DNA of 23,330 nt, from assembly GCA_048884965.1 (NCBI GenBank), contig JBHLQH010000042.1:1-23330 (forward strand), in the 5' to 3' direction. Under the pieces are notes generated by a model. It was not told the DNA's origin. It searched no databases and was given only the letters and a program-made list of their open reading frames with translations. Source of the stretch: Candidatus Thorarchaeota archaeon (GTDB lineage: Archaea; Asgardarchaeota; Thorarchaeia; Thorarchaeales; Thorarchaeaceae). Numbering within the stretch: the stretch's first letter is position 1; each line of letters opens with the position of its first letter. The position numbers and the translations under genes were made by a program. Below are positions 16,736-23,330 of the stretch, in pieces.

Positions 16736-18082
16736 CTACCCAGAGGTAATCTTTGCCGAACTCACGACGATGGAAGGGCTCATGATTGAGAAGGTTTCCC
16801 GCACATCAGCTCCAATCCTTTCAATGCGCATGAGAAGGTCCTTCATATTGATACCGATCAGGGTGTTCTTTACAGGATACTTAATCTCTCCTCGTTCGAT
16901 GTAGAAACCTTCCATGATCATAGCACTGAGGTCACCTGTTGTCATATTTGGTCGGTCCCCAGTATTTCGACATAGAACACCACAATCGATCTCGCTAACA
17001 AGCTCATCAAGGGTTCCTCTATCAGGTTCAACGATGAAATTCGAGGTGGAAATCGATGGAAGTCCAGCATATGAAGGTCTACTTGCATTCCCAGTGTTAT
17101 CCACACTGTCTTTGAATGCAGTATATGAATTATGGAGGAGTGATTTAAGAATGCCATTCTTCAGAACGATGGTATGTTGTGAAGGGTATCCTTCTGCATC
17201 GAAAATTCGTGACCCTGTCGCTCCTTCAAGTACTCCATCATCAACGATTGTGATCTGTTCTGAAGCGATCCTTGAGCCAAAGGCATCTGAAATGTAGGAT
17301 CGTCCATATTGTACTTCTTCGGCATTGACTGCTCGAGCAAATCCACTTCCAAGGATTGTGCCAACTGCTAACGGTGTGAAGATCACAGGAAGGCTTCCTC
17401 CTTCAATCACCTTCCCACCAAGATTATTGATTGCATTTTGGGATGCTGTGTTGCCAATCCATTCGGGGTTCAAAGTATTGAGTTTTCGAGTGACTTGATA
17501 TTCAAAGCTTGAAGTTTGATCGTCATCAGATTTTATTACTGGATAGGAATACATCATAGCAGATGTGCTTCTTGCAGTCTGTGAAATTCCAATGGAGTTC
17601 ACGAGAGCCTTGGACCCTGTTGATGCGGAGAGCTGTGCTTCTATAGATGTCTTGTATTTGCCCATTGATTCGAGAGAAGCATCCACCGTTCGTACAATTA
17701 GGTCTGCCGCGTCCTCAGATGTAAGGTTTGAGATGCTAGAATCAAATAGACCTCCAACATCGGGATATGAACCTTCAAATGAGGGAAGGCTGACAAAATC
17801 CGGATCTGGCAATGAGGCCTTTGCAAGTTTGACCGATTTCTCTACAGCCTCGACATAGTCTGATTCTTGAATCGTTGTGACATACGCAAAACCAATCTTC
17901 TTGCCTACAACGGACCTGATACCAATCCCTGAATCATGACTTTCCTCAGCGGATTTAATGGAGTTGTTCTCCACTTCTATAGAGAAGGACTTCGCGGATG
18001 CTGCATAAGCTTCAGCTTCATCAGCGCCTAGCGCAAGTGCTCTCTTTACTGCGTCTTCAGCTATCTCCAGTAGTATTTCCAA
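16736..18082 (-). CDS. TldE/PmbA family protein
   Basis: GADEAEAY, G+GIR...G.+IGF, FDAEG.P, TGNA.R, N..TGD+S and G++IE.GE+..PV; no HExxxH. TTG 18082 follows GGAGGTG, 1 nt after the tldD stop (track start 18133). Confidence 0.9.
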   Translation of the reverse strand: MEILLEIAEDAVKRALALGADEAEAYAASAKSFSIEVENNSIKSAEESHDSGIGIRSVVGKKIGFAYVTTIQESDYVEAVEKSVKLAKASLPDPDFVSLPSFEGSYPDVGGLFDSSISNLTSEDAADLIVRTVDASLESMGKYKTSIEAQLSASTGSKALVNSIGISQTARSTSAMMYSYPVIKSDDDQTSSFEYQVTRKLNTLNPEWIGNTASQNAINNLGGKVIEGGSLPVIFTPLAVGTILGSGFARAVNAEEVQYGRSYISDAFGSRIASEQITIVDDGVLEGATGSRIFDAEGYPSQHTIVLKNGILKSLLHNSYTAFKDSVDNTGNASRPSYAGLPSISTSNFIVEPDRGTLDELVSEIDCGVLCRNTGDRPNMTTGDLSAMIMEGFYIERGEIKYPVKNTLIGINMKDLLMRIERIGADVRETFSIMSPSIVVSSAKITSG

Positions 18083-18083
18083 A

Positions 18084-19469
18084 TTAGACACCTCCAACTG
18101 GAATAGCTCGTAATCTAGCATGAGGCCCCCCACTATTATCAGGGATCATCTGGCCGGACTTGCCACAGGTGCCAGCTTCAAGCTCGAAATCGTTGGCAAC
18201 TGCATCAACCTTTGGAAGAATCTCTAGAATCTGGCCTGCAAGAGATACGTCACGAATCATCTTTCCTAGCTCGCCATTCTCGATAATGTATCCATAGTTT
18301 GCTTGGAACATGAATTGCCCCTTGGCGGAATCAGTGTAGCCATAATTAAAACTGCAAAGAAGCAACCCCTCACGCGTATCCTCTATGAGTTCACCCACAG
18401 CCCAATCCCCAGGCTCCATGAATGTATTACTCATTCTTGGCAGTGGAACGCTCATGAATGACTGCGCTCTAGCGGCACCATTGGGCTTCATTCCAAGACG
18501 ACTAGATGTTTCCAAGCTATGAAGTAACTCGACTAGGGTGCCGTCTTTTACTAGATGGTGCTTTGCTGTCTTTGTGCCTTCCCAATCAAACTCAAAGGTC
18601 CCTCGTTGATTGGGCAAGGTTGGATCATCACTTATGTTCAAATGATCAGGTCCAACTGATTCTCCAATTTTGTCTTCTAGAACTGTTGAATGTGCTGGCC
18701 AATTGTCAGCCTCGCAAGCATGTCCAAATGCCTCATGCACCATCACACCGTTGAGAATCGGATCGAGAATAACATCGAAAATCCCGCCCTCAACAGCTTC
18801 GCTGTCAAGTAAATCAATAACAAGCTCTGCAGCCGATGTGCCAAGGTTCAACGTGGATTCTTTCTGATACTGCTCATATCCACCTTGTAGGCCTATTGAT
18901 TTGAAGGCTCTTTGCCGATTCGGACCATCCTTAGCTGTTGGCGCAGAAATAATACGTGGTAGTGAATGCTCGATATAGATGGAAGTGCCCAATGTATTGG
19001 CAATGTATAGTTCAGTCCAAAGATCACCGTAGACTGTTCGAGTGTTTACGATTCTGGAATCATGATCCCTTGCTTGATCATCGATGGACTTTGTATATGA
19101 GATTTTGTCCTCAATAGGCACATCATCAAAGTGAAGCTTCACGCTGAATTTGGATTTTCCTGAAAAGCTAGGTCCATCGATTGTGAATTTCTCTGACACC
19201 TTCTCGCGTGTTGCCAAAGCGAGTTTGGCCACTGAAGCAGCTGTATCTCTCATTCCAGAAAGGGTCAAGTCAGTCGTTTGACCAAAAGCCCACGCTCCAT
19301 CAATGAATGCTCGAATACCAGCACCTTTCAATCGAGAAGCCATGGACCGCTTTGTTACACCATCCGAGATCTCGATAATGGTTGTGACTGTGTTTTCAAT
19401 CCGAACATCTGCAAAGGAAGCACCTGTTTGTTGAGCAGCTTCTATTGCAGCCTGAGCCAATTCTTCCAT
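18084..19469 (-). CDS. tldD: TldD family metalloprotease
   Basis: FADVRIE, G.GIRA..DG.W.F, HEAFGHACEAD zinc motif, D.EG, NG.ARA, PRMSNT and CGKSGQ...GGPH. Likely start ATG 19469 or 19475. Confidence 0.93.
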   Translation of the reverse strand: MEELAQAAIEAAQQTGASFADVRIENTVTTIIEISDGVTKRSMASRLKGAGIRAFIDGAWAFGQTTDLTLSGMRDTAASVAKLALATREKVSEKFTIDGPSFSGKSKFSVKLHFDDVPIEDKISYTKSIDDQARDHDSRIVNTRTVYGDLWTELYIANTLGTSIYIEHSLPRIISAPTAKDGPNRQRAFKSIGLQGGYEQYQKESTLNLGTSAAELVIDLLDSEAVEGGIFDVILDPILNGVMVHEAFGHACEADNWPAHSTVLEDKIGESVGPDHLNISDDPTLPNQRGTFEFDWEGTKTAKHHLVKDGTLVELLHSLETSSRLGMKPNGAARAQSFMSVPLPRMSNTFMEPGDWAVGELIEDTREGLLLCSFNYGYTDSAKGQFMFQANYGYIIENGELGKMIRDVSLAGQILEILPKVDAVANDFELEAGTCGKSGQMIPDNSGGPHARLRAIPVGGV

Positions 19470-19609
19470 ATACATCGCCCAATTAGCGTTTGACTGCAAA
19501 ATGACGACAATATAACTTAAGCTAAGGCTGCATATTGTATGTGGTCTTGGTAATACACACGTTATTCTTAGCTATTTCAGTGATAAGATATGATACTGGA
19601 GGCACTCAA

Positions 19610-21184
19610 TTGAGAGAAGATTCGATTAGAACACCATGCCATGAATGTGATTCAAATCAAGGCACTCACCTGTGTGAAGATTGCGGCGTTGTTCTATGCG
19701 CAGGATGCCTTGAAACAAAGACAACCCAGTATACCGTTTGCAATGAGTGCCATGCAAATCTTGGTATGCCTAGTCACGGAGAACAGATCGAGTTCTGCAG
19801 CGAATGCGAATCAACAAATCTAGGAAAAGGAAGAAGAGTTGAGGAAATATGCCCTCAATGTCATTCCTCACGAATCGTCAGTATTGAAGAGAAGAGGAGA
19901 GGGCTTGCCCAGGATCTACGTAGCGCAATCATGAGCCTCCACTACGGTCACACAAAACTACGTGAATTCAACAGCTCGCTAATCTCTGCCAAACGCCTCC
20001 TAGTTTCACTCAGGATGGCAAGCTTTCTTCATTACAAGTGGCTAGAAGACAACATTGAGAGCCTGCAAGAAGAAACCTCTGCATTGAAGAATCGGATCAT
20101 GAATCAAGCAGAAATCATCTCGAAAAGAATTGCTGCTGAAACAAAGGGTCTGATTGATTATAACAGATGGACAACTGCGCAATTCCCATTCATAGAAGGT
20201 ATCACACACCGGGTCACTCAGATAGGCGACCAATACAAAGGCAATGTGGACGACGCGCTGAAGACAGCAAGAATTGCTCTTGATGATATTATCAAGCAAC
20301 TTGAAGGCTTGGACTATTACAGGAAGCGATTTTCAGGATTCTATGAGGTCACAGAGCTATCGGTCAATGAGCTTCCTGTCTGTGCACTTCCAGAAATAAG
20401 GATCACAGGTAGTGATTTCCTTAGAAATGACAAGGCTACCGGAACCTTGTACATCACCAATAGAAGGATTGTGTTCATAGCCGAAACGGGTCTTGTCCGC
20501 AAGAAGATGGAGATTATCTTTGACTTTCCGCTCCTCTACTTAACGTCGATTGAGGAGGATGGAAGATTCAGAAAACGACTGGTTCTGAAGATGAAGCAAG
20601 GAGAGGTCAAGATAGCATGTAATGAACAGACTCAGAGGGTTCTTCCAGATTACGTTGAGATAGGAAGGAAATTCGATAGATATCAGCAAACAGATCTTCA
20701 AAGAGTCAGAAAGATTGAGCAGACTGATGCTAACATAAGCGACGTGCGTATTAAGATAGAGAGCTTGGTTTATTCATTGCTATCGCCTGGCACTCAATCA
20801 ATGGATACATCTTCACAATCTAGAGACCGTTTGCCATATAGGGACTATAGAATATATGAGCAGCCAAGACCGCAAAGGCGATTCTCAGGCAACGACTATG
20901 GAGTGCCCGATTATCGTCAAGACCCTAGAATTCAAGAAGACAGAAGGAGAGAATTGCCTGTCACTCGGCCTAGTCACTATAAGACAGATCTCTCTGCCTT
21001 GCAAAGAGATGCAATGGATCTTGAGGACGCTCTTACAGCGACGAAAGAGCTTTTCAGAGCAGGCAGAATCGTTCCTGAGGACTTCATAAGAAGATACAAG
21101 GTCCTTATGAGAAACTCATATGATACAAGACAAGCAATCCAGAGACTGCAGAGCGATACGAGAACTCCAAAGTGGGAGTACTAG
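19610..21184 (+). CDS. Multidomain protein: Zn fingers (6 CxxC), helical bundle, GRAM/GLUE-like PH domain and steadiness-box-like C-terminus (putative ESCRT-I-like adaptor)
   Basis: CHEC, CEDC, CAGC, CNEC, CSEC and CPQC; long heptad helices; GTLYITNRRIVF; LEDAL...KELFRAGRI..EDFI..YK.L.R..Y..R. TTG 19610 follows GGAGG (track start 19535). Confidence 0.7.
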   Translation: MREDSIRTPCHECDSNQGTHLCEDCGVVLCAGCLETKTTQYTVCNECHANLGMPSHGEQIEFCSECESTNLGKGRRVEEICPQCHSSRIVSIEEKRRGLAQDLRSAIMSLHYGHTKLREFNSSLISAKRLLVSLRMASFLHYKWLEDNIESLQEETSALKNRIMNQAEIISKRIAAETKGLIDYNRWTTAQFPFIEGITHRVTQIGDQYKGNVDDALKTARIALDDIIKQLEGLDYYRKRFSGFYEVTELSVNELPVCALPEIRITGSDFLRNDKATGTLYITNRRIVFIAETGLVRKKMEIIFDFPLLYLTSIEEDGRFRKRLVLKMKQGEVKIACNEQTQRVLPDYVEIGRKFDRYQQTDLQRVRKIEQTDANISDVRIKIESLVYSLLSPGTQSMDTSSQSRDRLPYRDYRIYEQPRPQRRFSGNDYGVPDYRQDPRIQEDRRRELPVTRPSHYKTDLSALQRDAMDLEDALTATKELFRAGRIVPEDFIRRYKVLMRNSYDTRQAIQRLQSDTRTPKWEY

Positions 21185-21810
21185 ACACCCAATTCACGTT
21201 CTAGTGCTTTTATCGCCTCTTCAAGTCGCTCCGTTTCGCTAATCGGTTTAGTAACAGGACCAGTGGATTCGCCTATGCCAGCTTCCGCATCAATCTCAGC
21301 CATGGCTGCAGCTAAGTCTTCTGTTGTGATCTGAGCATCGCCAGTCGAATCAAATGCCTCGCCGGTGATTCCACTTTCTATCTCAAATTCCTCCAAACGG
21401 CGAGCAATCTCATCAACATTTTCGACTACCTTGGTCACATCGGTCGCGTCACCAAGAAGACCTAGTATCTTTGCCACTTGGTTCAGCGCTTGAGATGCTT
21501 GTGCAGTGGTCTGAGCTCGAGTTACATGTGCGAGAATCTTAAGGATCTGCAAACGGGATTTGTCTACTCCTAAAGCAAACCTTCGGAAGCGGATCATCTC
21601 TCCGGCATAGGTTTGATACGCTTCCATATTCCCAGTCTTTCTAGCACGTATTGCTCGGGCTTTTGTATCGCGCTCTTCTTTCTCTAGCTTGTTCCTTTGT
21701 CGCTCAAGCTGCTTTGACAGTACACGTAATTGAGATGTAACCTCATTGATATCGGGTTTCTTTCTACCCCAAGACAATGCTTTTCGTATTGGACCCAAGA
21801 TTCTCACCAT
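21181..21810 (-). CDS. ESCRT-III (Snf7 family), Vps2/24/46-like
   Basis: N-terminal amphipathic/basic helix, L..Q..KLE+EE hairpin, G..EA...YA.E+IR.R, acidic C-terminal half and MIM1-like ERLEEAIKALER tail. Confidence 0.88.
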   Translation of the reverse strand: MVRILGPIRKALSWGRKKPDINEVTSQLRVLSKQLERQRNKLEKEERDTKARAIRARKTGNMEAYQTYAGEMIRFRRFALGVDKSRLQILKILAHVTRAQTTAQASQALNQVAKILGLLGDATDVTKVVENVDEIARRLEEFEIESGITGEAFDSTGDAQITTEDLAAAMAEIDAEAGIGESTGPVTKPISETERLEEAIKALERELGV

Positions 21811-22040
21811 CTATAGCAGTATGTGCCCTATCCAGACAAATTGCACGTGCCCATTTAACATTTCGCAGAGCATTTCCAATCGTCACTAATATTCCCTAAA
21901 GCGCCTACTTTTTTAGTGATGCTCTGAAAAAGCCAACTAATAAGAGTGGATGGACTGTAGGTAAGAATACCCGAAGCAAGATACTTCAATAGACAATAGA
22001 AGTTCTTAACAGTCTTCAGCTCTAGGAAACGTGAGGGAAA

Positions 22041-23270
22041 ATGTCATCGAATGGTCCAGATCGCGTCGATCAAGGTTTAAAGAATCTCCTAGACAGAGCA
22101 ATAGAGCTCGATAATCGTGGGATGAAGAAAGAAGCATGCCAGCACTATCTCAAAGCAAGCAAGATCCTCATCAAATTATCAAACTCAGCCTCACTGCCAT
22201 CCGTCAGGAAGCACTATCTGAAAAGAGCACAGGAATGTGTTGATCGCGTCCGATTCATTTCAGGAATCAAGAATATTTCAAGCGACTCAGTTGAGGGATT
22301 GAGCAAACCTGTACAAAGGAGTGGACCATCAGAGTCCACTGATACAGGTAGACGAGCAGAAGCTATCACTGAAGATGATGAAGATACCAAACGACTAAAG
22401 GACATGGTTTCTGACACAATAATCTACGAGAAGCCAAATGTCAAGATGTCCGAAGTTGCAGGCCTAGAAGATGCTAAACAAGCAATCACAGATGCAATCA
22501 TAGCTCCTATGAAACATCCAGAGCTATTCAAGGGAAAAGCAAGGCAACCTTGGAGAGGAATCCTGTTCTATGGACCAGCAGGTTGTGGTAAGACTCTGAT
22601 TGCAAAAGCAGTTGCATCTGAAGTCAATGCTACTTTCTTTAATGTTTCAGCTGCAAATATCGTGAGTAAATGGTTGGGAGAGTCTGAAAGACTTGTCAAA
22701 AGCCTATTTGAAATGGCTAGGATGAATCAACCAGCGATTGTATTCATAGATGAGCTTGATTCAGTAGGCGGCGCTCGTTCAGGTGATGATGTAGGTGGGG
22801 AACGTCGCCTCAAGACTCAGTTGCTCACCGAGATGCAGGGCCTTGCGAGTGATTCTGAAGATAGAGTCACAGTCATTGGAGCGACGAATCTGCCTTGGGA
22901 AATCGATTTTGCCCTGCGCTCTCGTTTTGAGAAGCGCATTCATGTTCCTCTACCAAATCGAATCGCGCGAAAGCAAATATTCGAGATCCATATGGAAGAC
23001 GTTGAAGTCGATGAGAATGTGGAATATGGGGAGATGGCAGACCTTAGCGAAGGATACAGTGGAAGAGATATCAGTGTGATATGCAGAGAAGCTGCAATGG
23101 AACCCATTAGGGATCTTCAAGTTACAGGACGCATGGACGAGGATCAAGAGATTGTTGAGCTGCGAAAGGTATCCAGAGAAGATTTCCTTAGAGCGATAGA
23201 GAATATCAGACCCGCAACCTCTCCCGAAGATTTGAAGAAGTATACTGATTGGGCAGAGGAGGGTTCCTAA
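22041..23270 (+). CDS. vps4: Vps4 AAA+ ATPase with an N-terminal MIT domain
   Basis: MIT (RAIELD..G...EA...Y..A..+L), EKPNV...+VAGLE.AK, PWRGIL.YGP.G.GKT, VSKWLGESERLVK.LF, IVFIDELD, ATN.PW.+D, EGYSG.DI and a C-terminal helix. Confidence 0.93.
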   Translation: MSSNGPDRVDQGLKNLLDRAIELDNRGMKKEACQHYLKASKILIKLSNSASLPSVRKHYLKRAQECVDRVRFISGIKNISSDSVEGLSKPVQRSGPSESTDTGRRAEAITEDDEDTKRLKDMVSDTIIYEKPNVKMSEVAGLEDAKQAITDAIIAPMKHPELFKGKARQPWRGILFYGPAGCGKTLIAKAVASEVNATFFNVSAANIVSKWLGESERLVKSLFEMARMNQPAIVFIDELDSVGGARSGDDVGGERRLKTQLLTEMQGLASDSEDRVTVIGATNLPWEIDFALRSRFEKRIHVPLPNRIARKQIFEIHMEDVEVDENVEYGEMADLSEGYSGRDISVICREAAMEPIRDLQVTGRMDEDQEIVELRKVSREDFLRAIENIRPATSPEDLKKYTDWAEEGS

Positions 23271-23273
23271 TCC

Positions 23274-23330
23274 GTGGGTATGCGAGAGAAGCGCAGAGAG
23301 AAAAAGAGCAAGGCAAAAGCTGAAGACGAG
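23274..23330 (+). CDS. Partial ORF directly after vps4 (truncated by the window end)
   Basis: GTG 23274 / ATG 23280 after GGAGGG; reads MGMREKRREKKSKAKAEDE with no stop. Confidence 0.5.
   Translation, partial: MGMREKRREKKSKAKAEDE

Noticed and set aside
321-21810. Pyrrolysine (TAG) recoding
   Set aside because: TAG falls at the expected C-termini of the recognisable proteins, and read-through would run into convergent genes.
1-23330. CRISPR arrays, transposases, integrases, rRNA
   Set aside because: I saw no spaced repeats, terminal inverted repeats or relevant protein/RNA motifs.

Overview
Archaeal chromosomal segment, almost certainly from an Asgard archaeon. Gene content and style suggest Thorarchaeota, but that assignment is inference. 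The left end (1-2050) is accessory DNA at the 3' end of an intron-containing tRNA-His(GUG). It holds an LRR protein, a partial duplicate of its 3' end, and a degenerate HsdR_N-like nuclease-fold protein. The middle is mostly housekeeping: GrpB, TraB, a regulator/ECF-S/hypB operon, a second ECF S component, a Zn-ribbon-Yip1 protein, DGGGP synthase, DUF6125, endonuclease IV, a Trm11-like methyltransferase, a longin-domain protein, TFB with a long structured leader, ArgRS and TldD/TldE. The right end is an ESCRT locus with Vps4 (MIT+AAA), a divergent Vps2/24/46-type ESCRT-III and a truncated downstream ORF. The highlight is a ~524-aa protein whose stop overlaps the ESCRT-III stop. It combines FYVE/B-box-like Zn fingers, a long helical bundle, a GRAM/GLUE-like PH domain and a C-terminal segment resembling the TSG101/Vps23 steadiness box, making it a candidate membrane-targeting ESCRT-I-like adaptor without a UEV domain. 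All family calls come from motif recognition by eye; no searches were run.
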